Positions 53,972 to 63,361 of a stretch of 64,000 nt of DNA are shown piece by piece. The position numbers were made by a program, and so were the translations under genes. Origin of the DNA: an uncultured Eubacteriales bacterium. GTDB taxonomy: Bacteria > Bacillota > Clostridia > TANB77 > CAG-508. The stretch spans positions 19,070-83,069 of the forward strand of contig CASFHP010000001.1 of NCBI GenBank assembly GCA_949294555.1, read 5' to 3'. A model generated the notes under the pieces. That model was not told where the DNA came from. It worked only from the letters and a program-made list of their open reading frames with translations, and made no database searches. Position 1 is the first letter of the stretch; each line of letters starts with the position of its first letter.

Positions 53972-54154
53972 CATATAAAATTACAATATGTTAGCCTTAT
54001 TTTTTTATTATTTTTATTTTGTTCGCTTGAATTCTATTTTCGTAATATTGTATAGTAATATTCATAGGAAATGAAAAAGTAGATGTGTTCGTGTTACCAC
54101 CTACATACACAGTTTTACTGTGAGAACGGAGGTGGTGTCTATGATAGAATCAAC

Positions 54155-54240
54155 AATAAAAACGGCACATTTGCTTGGCAGAGCGATGTGTCGTTTATCC
54201 TTTTTATGTGGTAACCGCATTTCTGCGATTGTCATTTCCT
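54155..54240 (-). ncRNA. second copy of the candidate antisense sRNA (the plus-strand peptide ORF is apparently deleted here)
   Basis: Minus-strand TTGACA (54270-54275) - 17 nt - TATAAT (54247-54252). Hairpins AATCGCA/TGCGGTT and AACGACACAT..ATGTGCCGTT plus TTTTTATTG. The flanks are homologous to 40378-40745. Confidence 0.35.
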
Positions 54241-54509
54241 ATATTTATTATATTTAAATATCAAATGTTTGTCAAATTTTTTCAGAATATTTAACTACTA
54301 AAAGATAAAATAATAAAACTTGTTTTTAATAAAAGGTAATCTTAAAGTTCACTCAAAATTTACAAACAAAATGGAAAAAATTTCTTCTACTTTTTATTTC
54401 AATATGATATAATGTCATTAGAAAAATGTACAGAAATTTTTCTATACAATATATTTGTTAATCAATAGAAAATTTAATAGCAAAATCTCTTAGAGAAGGG
54501 AGAAAAAAT

Positions 54510-55211
54510 ATGGCATATATAGAATTTAAAAATGTTTGTAAAGAATATAAAATGGGAGAAATCATTATAAAAGCATTAGACAACACAAACTTTTCAATAG
54601 AAAAGGGAGAATTAGTTGTTGTTGTAGGACCATCAGGAGCAGGAAAAACGACAGCCTTAAATATATTAGGCGGTATGGATAGTGTAACTTCAGGAGATGT
54701 CATTGTTGATGGAAAAAATGTATCAAAATTAAAAAATAAAGCATTAATCAAATATAGAAGAGAAGATATTGGATTTGTATTTCAATTCTATAATTTAGTA
54801 CAAAATTTAACTGCAATTGAAAATGTAGAATTGGCAACGCAAATTTGTAAAGATTCTTTAAGTCCAGATGAGGTCATGGAAAAAGTAGGATTAGCAGATA
54901 GAAAAAAGAATTTTCCATCTCAATTATCAGGAGGAGAACAGCAAAGAGTAGCAATTGCAAGAGCGATTGCAAAGAATCCAAAATTATTATTATGTGATGA
55001 ACCAACAGGTGCTTTGGATTATAAAACAGGTAAACAAATTCTAAAATTGTTGCAAGATACAGCAAGAAAAGAAAATATGACAGTTATTATCATAACCCAT
55101 AATGCAGCAATTGCACCAATGGCAGATAAAATTATTAGATTTAAAAATGGAACTGCAGAGAGTATTGAAACCAATAAAAATCCAATTCCAGTAGAAAACA
55201 TAGAATGGTAG
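54510..55211 (+). CDS. ABC transporter ATP-binding protein (MacB/LolD-like)
   Basis: Walker [10 protein letters not shown], signature [14 protein letters not shown], Walker B LLLCDEPT. Confidence 0.9.
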   Translation: MAYIEFKNVCKEYKMGEIIIKALDNTNFSIEKGELVVVVGPSGAGKTTALNILGGMDSVTSGDVIVDGKNVSKLKNKALIKYRREDIGFVFQFYNLVQNLTAIENVELATQICKDSLSPDEVMEKVGLADRKKNFPSQLSGGEQQRVAIARAIAKNPKLLLCDEPTGALDYKTGKQILKLLQDTARKENMTVIIITHNAAIAPMADKIIRFKNGTAESIETNKNPIPVENIEW

Positions 55212-55216
55212 CATGT

Positions 55217-55354
55217 CCATTTGGGAAAAGTGATGATTTTGGGGACGGAGCAAAAAATCATCACTTGTTGAAAATAAATTTATAATATAATTTTAAGAAT
55301 TATAAAATGATGATTTTTTGCTCCGTCCCCAAAATCATCACTTTTCCTAAATGA
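55217..55354. repeat. palindromic intergenic element, family A (second full copy), arms extended to about 47 bp
   Basis: Arms GTGATGATTTTGGGGACGGAGCAAAAAATCATCAC (55230-55263) and 55308-55341. Flanks CATTTGGGAAAAG / CTTTTCCTAAATG extend the inverted repeat. Confidence 0.85.
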
Positions 55355-55385
55355 GCAAAACAGTAACAAATGAACTTTGGAGGTG

Positions 55386-58300
55386 ATGCAGGTGAAAATA
55401 AAAAAAGCATTACTAAAAGATACTTTTAAAGAAATCAAGAAATCATATAAACGATTTATCTCCATTTTGCTAATGGCTTTATTAGGTGTAGGCTTTTTTG
55501 CAGGATTAAGGGCTTCTTCGCCAGATATGGTAGATTCTATTGATACATATTATAAAAATCAGAATGTCTATGATATAGAAGTCATGTCAACCTTAGGACT
55601 AACAGATAGTGACATAGAAGCTTTATCTAATATAGAAAATGTTGAAAATGTTTATGGTACATATAGTAGAGATGGGCTAATTAAAACAAATGACAAAGAA
55701 ATCGTTTCCAAAATCTTATGTGTAGATGATGTAAATAAACCAATTTTGATAGAAGGAAGCATGCCGGAAAATATTGATGAATGCGTTGTAGAAGAAAGCT
55801 TTTTAGAAGGAACAGATAAAAACATTGGCGACTATATTGATATTGAACCTGAAGCAACAGAGAGTACAGGAGCAACAGATGAAGAGGAGACGGAATATCT
55901 AAAAAATAAGACACTGAAGATTGTAGGTGTTGTTGAAAGTCCTTTGTATATATCAAGAGAAAGAGGAAGTACAAAATTAGGGACAGGTGTCATCAATTAC
56001 TATATCTATGTTAATAGAGAAAATATTAATTCAGAAGTGTATACAGAAATTTATATCACTTTAGAAAATAGGGATAAATATCAGACAGGAAGTAACAAGT
56101 ATGAAGATTATGTAGAAGAGACAAAGGACAAGATAGAAGAAATCAAGGAAGAAAGAGAAAATGCAAGATATCAAGAATTAATTGATGAAGCAAATGCAGA
56201 AATTGCAAAAGCAGAAGAAGAGTTTAATACAGAAAAACAAAACGGAGAAACACAACTTCAAGAAGCAGAAAATGAAATTAATGAAGGAAAGGCACAAATC
56301 GAATCTGGGGAATCAGAAATTAATAGTAATGAACGTACAGCAAATCAACAATTTGCAAATGCTGAGGCACAAATTGAAGCTGCAAAAACAGAAGTAGCTC
56401 AAAATGCCCTTAGATTAAATAATCAAAAAATTGAAGCTGAAAAAGGATTTGAAGAAGCAGAAACACAAAAGGCAGGTTTGCAAAGTACATTAGATAATAT
56501 TAATAATGCAATTAAAATTACAGATAATTCCATAGCAGAAAAACAAGCACAATTAGAAATAGCTGAAACGGAAGAAGAAATAGCAACAATTAATCAAGAG
56601 ATAGCTGAGTTGCAAGCCACAAAACAAGTATATGAAACCAATAAACAATCAGTTGAAGCGGGAATTACAGAAATCGATAATCAAATTGCAAGTGGAAGAC
56701 AAGAATTAGAAAATGCAGAAGCACAAATCAACAGTGCTAGAAATCAAATTACAAGTCAAGAAGCAACATTGGAGCAAACTAAAAATAGAACGTATGCACA
56801 AATTGCAAGTGCTAGAGCAGAATTAGAAAGTTCAAAAAATGAAATTGCAAGTGCAGAGGCAGAACTGGAAACGAGTAGGGCAGAATTTAATAGTAAAATA
56901 GAAGAAGCAGAAGGTAAATTAATTGACGCTAGAGAAAAGGTTTCTGAAATTGAAAAAGCAGAGTGGTATATTTTAGATAGACAACAAAATGCAGGATATA
57001 GTAGTTATATTCAAGATACAGAAAGTATAGAAAATTTAAGTATAGTATTCCCAATCGTATTTTTTGCCATTGCAGCTTTAGTTTCTTTAACATCTATGAC
57101 AAGAATGGTAGAAGAAGAAAGACAAGAAATTGGAACATTGAAGGCGTTAGGATATAATAAATTCCATATCATGCTAAAATATTTGATTTATTCTAGCTTG
57201 GCATGTATCATTGGTGGTATTATTGGTATGAATATTGGTTTCCAATTATTACCTAGAATTATATGGGATATGTATTCTATGATGTATACATTACCAGAAT
57301 TTATTGTATCATTTAATTATCAATATTCTTCAATCGGTTTAGGATTAATTTACATATGCATTGTAGGTGCAACTTTATATACTATTTTAAAAGAAGTCAA
57401 AGAAACACCAGCAACATTATTAAGACCAAAAGCACCAAAGTATGGAAAAAGAGTATTGCTAGAAAGAGTTACATTTATTTGGAAACGTTTAAAATTTTCA
57501 CATAAAGTTACGGTTAGAAATATCTTTAGATACAAAAAGAGATTTTTAATGACAATTATCGGCATTATGGGATGTACTGCCTTAATATTAGCAGGATTTG
57601 GATTAAAAGATTCGATATCTTCAATTTTGCCAAATCAATATGAAGATATATTTAATTATGATATGTTGGTTAGTTTAAAAACATCTTTAACAGATGAACA
57701 AAGAAATGGTTATATTGAGGAACTAAGACAGAAAGATGAAATACAAGAAGTTTTAGAAACCTATATGGAATCTGGAACAGCTGGAAAAGATAATAACAGT
57801 GAAACGGTTCAAATTGTTATTCCAAATGATAAACAAGAAATTGACAAAATGATAAAATTAAGAGATGTCAACACAGGAGAACCATTTACTCTATCAGAAG
57901 ATGGCATTATTATATCTGACAAATTGGCAGAATTAATTGGTGCAGAAGTAGGAGATACAATAACTGTTACAACTACTGATGATGTAGAAAAAGAAATAAA
58001 AGTTGCAGGCATAACTGAAAATTATATCAGTCATTATGTATATATGTCAAAAGAATTATATCAACAAGTATTTGGAGAAGAATATAGTACAAATGTATTA
58101 CTAATTCAAGACAATAATTTGAGCGAAGAACAACAAGACACAGTTATGCAAGAAATGGTAGCTGAAAATGAAGTGTCAACAGTCACACTAACATATACAA
58201 CAATGCAAACTTTAGATGATACAATGAACTCGTTAAATTATGTAGTAGTTGTGCTTATCGTATCAGCAGGATTACTAGCATTTGTTGTACTATATAATTT

Positions 58301-58634
58301 ATCAAATATTAATATTAGCGAAAGAGTTAGAGAACTTGCAACAATAAAGGTTCTTGGCTTTTACGATAGAGAAGTTTATGACTATGTAACAAGAGAAACC
58401 ATTATTTTAACAATAATAGGTATTATACTAGGATTGGTAGCAGGATATTTCTTGAATTTCTATATTTTAGGAACTTGCGAAATTAATATCTTACGATTTG
58501 AAAAAGTAATTCATCCAATCAGCTATGTATATGCAGTTGCGATAACACTTGTATTTTCAATTATTGTTAATATTGTTACCTATTTTGCCTTAAAGAAAAT
58601 TGACATGATAGGAAGTTTAAAAAGTGTAGAATGA
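55386..58634 (+). CDS. ABC transporter permease, double FtsX domain with a long coiled-coil extracytoplasmic insert
   Basis: Two FtsX-type 4-TM modules, plus a Q/E/A-rich coiled-coil region (~56150-56950). The true start may be GTG 55392, which has better spacing from GGAGGTG. Confidence 0.8.
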   Translation: MQVKIKKALLKDTFKEIKKSYKRFISILLMALLGVGFFAGLRASSPDMVDSIDTYYKNQNVYDIEVMSTLGLTDSDIEALSNIENVENVYGTYSRDGLIKTNDKEIVSKILCVDDVNKPILIEGSMPENIDECVVEESFLEGTDKNIGDYIDIEPEATESTGATDEEETEYLKNKTLKIVGVVESPLYISRERGSTKLGTGVINYYIYVNRENINSEVYTEIYITLENRDKYQTGSNKYEDYVEETKDKIEEIKEERENARYQELIDEANAEIAKAEEEFNTEKQNGETQLQEAENEINEGKAQIESGESEINSNERTANQQFANAEAQIEAAKTEVAQNALRLNNQKIEAEKGFEEAETQKAGLQSTLDNINNAIKITDNSIAEKQAQLEIAETEEEIATINQEIAELQATKQVYETNKQSVEAGITEIDNQIASGRQELENAEAQINSARNQITSQEATLEQTKNRTYAQIASARAELESSKNEIASAEAELETSRAEFNSKIEEAEGKLIDAREKVSEIEKAEWYILDRQQNAGYSSYIQDTESIENLSIVFPIVFFAIAALVSLTSMTRMVEEERQEIGTLKALGYNKFHIMLKYLIYSSLACIIGGIIGMNIGFQLLPRIIWDMYSMMYTLPEFIVSFNYQYSSIGLGLIYICIVGATLYTILKEVKETPATLLRPKAPKYGKRVLLERVTFIWKRLKFSHKVTVRNIFRYKKRFLMTIIGIMGCTALILAGFGLKDSISSILPNQYEDIFNYDMLVSLKTSLTDEQRNGYIEELRQKDEIQEVLETYMESGTAGKDNNSETVQIVIPNDKQEIDKMIKLRDVNTGEPFTLSEDGIIISDKLAELIGAEVGDTITVTTTDDVEKEIKVAGITENYISHYVYMSKELYQQVFGEEYSTNVLLIQDNNLSEEQQDTVMQEMVAENEVSTVTLTYTTMQTLDDTMNSLNYVVVVLIVSAGLLAFVVLYNLSNINISERVRELATIKVLGFYDREVYDYVTRETIILTIIGIILGLVAGYFLNFYILGTCEINILRFEKVIHPISYVYAVAITLVFSIIVNIVTYFALKKIDMIGSLKSVE

Positions 58635-59052
58635 GACAATTTGGGCCAGGTTGGCTTTTGTCTCATTTTTGTCGAAAAATGGCGAATAATATGTTTCATT
58701 TAAAAAAATTTTCAGTTTAATAAGAAAGGCATGCATAACGAAATCAAAGATTTCTATACAATAAAAAATAAGAAAAAATGTATATAATATTTTATTCATT
58801 AAATGGCTAACTATTTCCGAATAAATAAATTCTAATATTACCAGGCGTAAAATTGCTGGCACACCGCAACTTTTACACTTGATAATATAAAAATTTATAC
58901 GATTCTTTCATTTGCACATTTAATCTCATAAAATATTGCATACATTTTTTGTTTACTCTCAAATTTAATTAAAGATAAATCTCTAAAGAAAGAAACTTAT
59001 TCGCCATTTTTCGACAAAAATGAGACAAAAAGCAACCTGGCCCAAATTGTCT
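58633..59052. repeat. MITE-like element: ~56-bp near-perfect terminal inverted repeats around a ~307-bp AT-rich core
   Basis: GAGACAATTTGGGCCAGGTTGGCTTTTGTCTCATTTTTGTCGAAAAATGGCGAATAA (58633-58689) versus 58997-59052 (one substitution and one 1-nt indel). Each arm contains its own GAGACAA/TTGTCTC hairpin. The permease stop codon overlaps the left arm. Confidence 0.85.
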
Positions 59053-59157
59053 CAAACTTTTTATGAATTTTTAATGAAAACCTATACAAAAAGAAAAGGA
59101 AAATGATATAATAGCAACAAAGTTAAATTGTACAGACAAAGGAGGAAAGGTTGAAAA

Positions 59158-61722
59158 ATGGGAAACATCGTTTTATTAGATGATTTAACAATTAATAAAA
59201 TTGCAGCTGGTGAAGTTATTGAAAGACCAGCTTCTGTTATAAAAGAAATGGTAGAGAATTCAATTGATGCGGGAGCAACCAATATTACTGTGGAGATTAA
59301 AAATGGAGGAATTTCTTTCATAAAGGTAAGTGATAACGGAAAAGGGATTGCTCAAGATGATTTGGAGATTGCTTTTGAAAGACATGCAACTAGTAAAATT
59401 AGAAGTGCAGATGATTTAAATACAGTTACTTCTATGGGGTTTAGAGGAGAAGCATTGGCGAGTATTGCAGCAATTGCAAATGTTGAAATGGTGTCTAAAA
59501 CACAGGAACAAGATATTGGATATAGAGTAGTTGTAGAGGCAGGAAATGTCTTAGAGAAAGAAGAGGCAGGTTGTAAAACAGGAACAACCATTATTGTTAG
59601 AAATTTATTTTTTAATACGCCAGTTAGATATAAGTTTTTGAAAAAAGATTATACAGAATCAGGGTATATTGAAGATGTTATCACAAGAATTGCGTTAGTG
59701 AATCCAAATATTGCTATCAAATTGATCAATACAGGAAAAACAGTTATTCAAACAAATGGTAGTGGTGACATTAAAAGTGTTATATATAGCATTTATGGAA
59801 AAGATGTTGCAAATGGTGCAATGGAAGTTTCATATAATTATGAAGATATCCATATTCAAGGTGTGGTAGGAAAACCTGAGATTGCACGTTCTAATCGTTC
59901 CAACCAATTATTTTTTGTTAACAAACGATACATAAAAGATAAAACTTTAACAGCTGCGACAGAACAAGCATATAAAGGATTAATTCCTATTGGAAAATTT
60001 GGGTTTGTTATTTTAAATATTGAAATGAATCCAGCAAAAGTGGATGTCAATGTACATCCAGCAAAATTAGAAGTTCGATTTGAAGAAGAAAACAAAGTGT
60101 TTCAAGCAATTTATCATGCGATAAAAGATACTTTATTAAAAACAGAATTAGTAGCAAATTCTGAAAAAGCTTTACATGAAGAAAAAATGGAGACTGCAAG
60201 AGAATTAAGTTTTGAGGAAAGACTAAAAAAACTAAAAGAAGAAAAACAACAAAGAGAAGATGTTGGTGGACTATTTGCTTTTAGAAAACAAAATGAAAGG
60301 CAAATCGAAAACTATACTAATGAAGAAAGTAAAATAAAAACAAATGTAGCAGAAGATACGGAACACCAAGGTAGTTCTAATATTATAGAAGAAGTATTTC
60401 GTGCGAAGAACCACTTAGAAAATAAAGTAGATACAGTAGAAAATACGAAAATAAATGTTGGCGAACCAATTGACACATCTGATATATTAGCTAAATTGAA
60501 ACAAATGAAGGAAAATTTAGAAAAAGAAATTAAAGAAAAAAATTTAAAAATGCCTACATCTACTGTAGAGACCCTAAAAGAAGAAAAGGAAGAATATGTT
60601 GTAACAAGTACTGCAGATAATAATGAAACAGAAACATCTAACTTGGAAAATCAAGAAGAAAAACAAAATGACAAAGCACAAGAAAATGAATTGCCAACAG
60701 TAGAAGAATTTTCTCATGAAGAAATAAAAAATGAACAAAATAGTGACAATCAAAAAGATGAACAACAAGAAAATCCTATGGCAGATAAAGAGGCAATACT
60801 TGATAATACAAATTTGCAAAAGGAAACAGCTGAAGGAAGCGAAAAGCAAGAACAAGAATCCACAATAAGTGACCAAACAGTGGATAACACAAATGAAATT
60901 ATTGAAAATATAGAAAATCCAGAAATCAAACAAGAATTCAAAGAAATCAAAGAAAAAATGGAACAATTGAATGACAATCCAAAGGTGGTTTCAGATGATT
61001 TCAATGAAATGTATGCAAAGTTATTTGGTAGATTACCAATACAAGATGAGGAAGAAGTTAAACCAGAAGAAAAGAAAGAAGAAAAAGATATTGATATCTT
61101 AAAAGATAATGTATCTGTTTTTGAAGGCATAGAAGAATATCAAAAACCAACATATAAATTTATTGGAATTGTATTTAAAACCTATATCATTATTGAAATT
61201 GGACAAGAAATGTACATTTTAGATCAGCATGCAGCACATGAAAGAATTATGTATGAAAAAGTAAAAGAAAATTATTATAGTGATTCTAGTAAAGATTCTC
61301 AACTATTATTATTGCCAGATGTTATCACATTAACACATAAAGAAATGGATATTGCCAAAGACAATATGGATATGTTTAGAAAAGCAGGATTTACCCTAGA
61401 AGAATTTGGAGAAAACACCATTAAATTAACAGGTGTTCCAACCGTTTGTATTGACTTAGATACAAAAGAATTATTCTTAGAAACATTAGATGAAATCAAT
61501 ACAGTGGCAAGAACAGCAAAACAAGAAAAAGAAGAAAAATTTATTGCAACAGTTGCTTGTAAAGCAGCAGTAAAAGCCAATATGGCGTTAGATGAAAAAG
61601 AGGTAGAAAGTTTGATGGATAAATTGTTATCTTTACCAAATCCATTTACTTGTCCTCATGGTAGACCAACAGCTATCAAAATGACAAAATATGATATAGA
61701 AAGAAAATTTGCTAGAAAGTGA
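59158..61722 (+). CDS. mutL: DNA mismatch repair protein MutL (with a long acidic linker)
   Basis: N-terminus LDDLTINKIAAGEVIERPASVIKEMVENSIDAGAT. C-terminal dimerisation domain (QHAAHERIMYE..FTCPHGRPT). E/K/N-rich linker of about 280 aa. Confidence 0.95.
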   Translation: MGNIVLLDDLTINKIAAGEVIERPASVIKEMVENSIDAGATNITVEIKNGGISFIKVSDNGKGIAQDDLEIAFERHATSKIRSADDLNTVTSMGFRGEALASIAAIANVEMVSKTQEQDIGYRVVVEAGNVLEKEEAGCKTGTTIIVRNLFFNTPVRYKFLKKDYTESGYIEDVITRIALVNPNIAIKLINTGKTVIQTNGSGDIKSVIYSIYGKDVANGAMEVSYNYEDIHIQGVVGKPEIARSNRSNQLFFVNKRYIKDKTLTAATEQAYKGLIPIGKFGFVILNIEMNPAKVDVNVHPAKLEVRFEEENKVFQAIYHAIKDTLLKTELVANSEKALHEEKMETARELSFEERLKKLKEEKQQREDVGGLFAFRKQNERQIENYTNEESKIKTNVAEDTEHQGSSNIIEEVFRAKNHLENKVDTVENTKINVGEPIDTSDILAKLKQMKENLEKEIKEKNLKMPTSTVETLKEEKEEYVVTSTADNNETETSNLENQEEKQNDKAQENELPTVEEFSHEEIKNEQNSDNQKDEQQENPMADKEAILDNTNLQKETAEGSEKQEQESTISDQTVDNTNEIIENIENPEIKQEFKEIKEKMEQLNDNPKVVSDDFNEMYAKLFGRLPIQDEEEVKPEEKKEEKDIDILKDNVSVFEGIEEYQKPTYKFIGIVFKTYIIIEIGQEMYILDQHAAHERIMYEKVKENYYSDSSKDSQLLLLPDVITLTHKEMDIAKDNMDMFRKAGFTLEEFGENTIKLTGVPTVCIDLDTKELFLETLDEINTVARTAKQEKEEKFIATVACKAAVKANMALDEKEVESLMDKLLSLPNPFTCPHGRPTAIKMTKYDIERKFARK

Positions 61723-61777
61723 GAAATTTTCTATACATAGATGTGAAGAAATAAAATAGAAAATAAGGAGAAACAGG

Positions 61778-62218
61778 ATGACTTTAATCATAATTGGTGT
61801 GATTTTAATATTTGTAATAAGCATTGTATGGACATGGCATAATTTAGGAAATATAGAAAAGCCAAGAAAAGTGGCGTTTATCATAATAGGATTACTAATA
61901 ACTTATTTAGTAACAATGTTGTTATATAATCTTTCAAATCCAGATATTACATATCCAAGTGAAGAAATTCAAAAAACAGTATCTAATACACTTACATGGG
62001 TTTTTACAGGACTAAATGCATTAATATTTTTACCATTGATAGCAAATGTTTTAGATAAAATACTAGAAGAAGAAATTGAGAATACACAAGCAAAGAAAAG
62101 GATAATAATCATACTTGTTATATTTGTAGTATGTATATTTATAGAAAAAGGATATATAGAAAGTACACAAGAAGGAATTATGAATATATATAATGAGGTG
62201 CAAAATGCAGAAACATAA
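61778..62218 (+). CDS. hypothetical membrane protein (146 aa)
   Basis: RBS AAGGAGAAA. Four predicted TM helices. Confidence 0.55.
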   Translation: MTLIIIGVILIFVISIVWTWHNLGNIEKPRKVAFIIIGLLITYLVTMLLYNLSNPDITYPSEEIQKTVSNTLTWVFTGLNALIFLPLIANVLDKILEEEIENTQAKKRIIIILVIFVVCIFIEKGYIESTQEGIMNIYNEVQNAET

Positions 62219-63158
62219 AGTAATTGTAATATGTGGTCCAACCGCATCAGGAAAAACGGCATTATCAATTGAACTAGCAAAAAAAATAAATGGAGAAATT
62301 GTGTCTTGTGATTCTATGCAAATCTATAAAGATATGGATATAGGAACGGCAAAGCCAACAATTGAAGAAATGCAAGGAATTAAACATTACTTGATAGGAC
62401 ATGTATCTCCAGAACAACGATATAGTGTAGCAGATTACAAAAAAGATGCCAAAAAAGCCATAAAAGAAATTATTGAAAAAGGAAAAATGCCAATAATTGT
62501 CGGCGGTACAGGACTATATTTAGATAGTTTGATATATGAAATTGAATATCAGGATATAGAATTTGATGAAGATTACAGAAATCAATTAGAAAAGGAAGTT
62601 GAAGAAAAAGGGCTAGAGGTTTTATACGAAAAAGCAAAAGCAATTGATGAAGAAGCAGTAAAAAAAATAAGTCCGACAGATAAAAAAAGAATATTGCGCA
62701 TATTAGAAATATATCATGCAACAGGAAAAACAAAAACAGAGCAAGAAATAGAATCTAGGAAAAAAGAAGTAGAATATGATTACAATGTCTTTGCATTAGA
62801 TTGGGATAGACAAAAATTGTATGAAAGAATCAACAAAAGAGTAGATATCATGATAGAACAAGGACTAATTGAAGAGGTAAAACAGATTTTAAAAAAATAT
62901 GACACATTTCCAACAGCTATGCAAGGATTGGGATATAAAGAAGTGGTAGATTATCTAAAAGGAAATTTAACCAAAGAGGAAATGATTGAAAAAATAAAAA
63001 TGGAAACAAGGAGATATGCAAAAAGACAATTAACTTGGTTTAGAAAAAATAAACAAACAGTTTGGCTAGATGCAGAAGAAGGGATAGCTCAAAATATCAA
63101 TAGAATTATAGAAAATTTAAGAGTGAGAAAAGAGGATATTGTTACAATTCACAGTTAA
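62205..63158 (+). CDS. miaA: tRNA dimethylallyltransferase
   Basis: VICGPTASGKTALSIELAK, DSMQIYKDMDIGTAKP, IIVGGTGLY. Start at ATG 62205 after GAGGTG. Confidence 0.9.
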   Translation: MQKHKVIVICGPTASGKTALSIELAKKINGEIVSCDSMQIYKDMDIGTAKPTIEEMQGIKHYLIGHVSPEQRYSVADYKKDAKKAIKEIIEKGKMPIIVGGTGLYLDSLIYEIEYQDIEFDEDYRNQLEKEVEEKGLEVLYEKAKAIDEEAVKKISPTDKKRILRILEIYHATGKTKTEQEIESRKKEVEYDYNVFALDWDRQKLYERINKRVDIMIEQGLIEEVKQILKKYDTFPTAMQGLGYKEVVDYLKGNLTKEEMIEKIKMETRRYAKRQLTWFRKNKQTVWLDAEEGIAQNINRIIENLRVRKEDIVTIHS

Positions 63159-63289
63159 AAAATTATTTTATAGAATGTTGATATATAAATATTTTTTTCA
63201 AATTCTCGGCTCCCCTCCATTCCCGTTCAAAAAATATTTATATATCAACATTCTTATTAATACTCGTCTATAAGCTGTGAATTGTAACA
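63140..63289. repeat. nested palindromic element overlapping the miaA 3' end
   Basis: Outer IR TGTTACAATTCACAG (63140-63154, inside miaA codons IVTIHS) / CTGTGAATTGTAACA (63275-63289). Inner 26-bp IR at 63172-63197 / 63229-63254 around the GC-rich loop CTCGGCTCCCCTCCATTCCCG. Confidence 0.8.
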
Positions 63290-63361
63290 GGATATTTAAT
63301 AGAAGACCAGTTAAATGCTATACAATAGAAAAAATCAACCTTATAAAAGGAAGGTGAAAAA

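Noticed and set aside
58617-58862. ORF 58617..58862 (-) inside the 58633 MITE-like element
   Set aside because: It has no RBS, runs through the left inverted-repeat arm into the permease gene 3' end, and has an AT-rich low-complexity translation. It is not a transposase.
60150-61130. Long E/K/N-rich insert in MutL and the Q/E/A-rich coiled coil in the ABC permease (56150-56950) as unusual domains
   Set aside because: The MutL linker is naturally variable and low-complexity, and coiled-coil periplasmic inserts are common in MacB/FtsX-type permeases of Firmicutes. The composition is consistent with the AT-rich genome.
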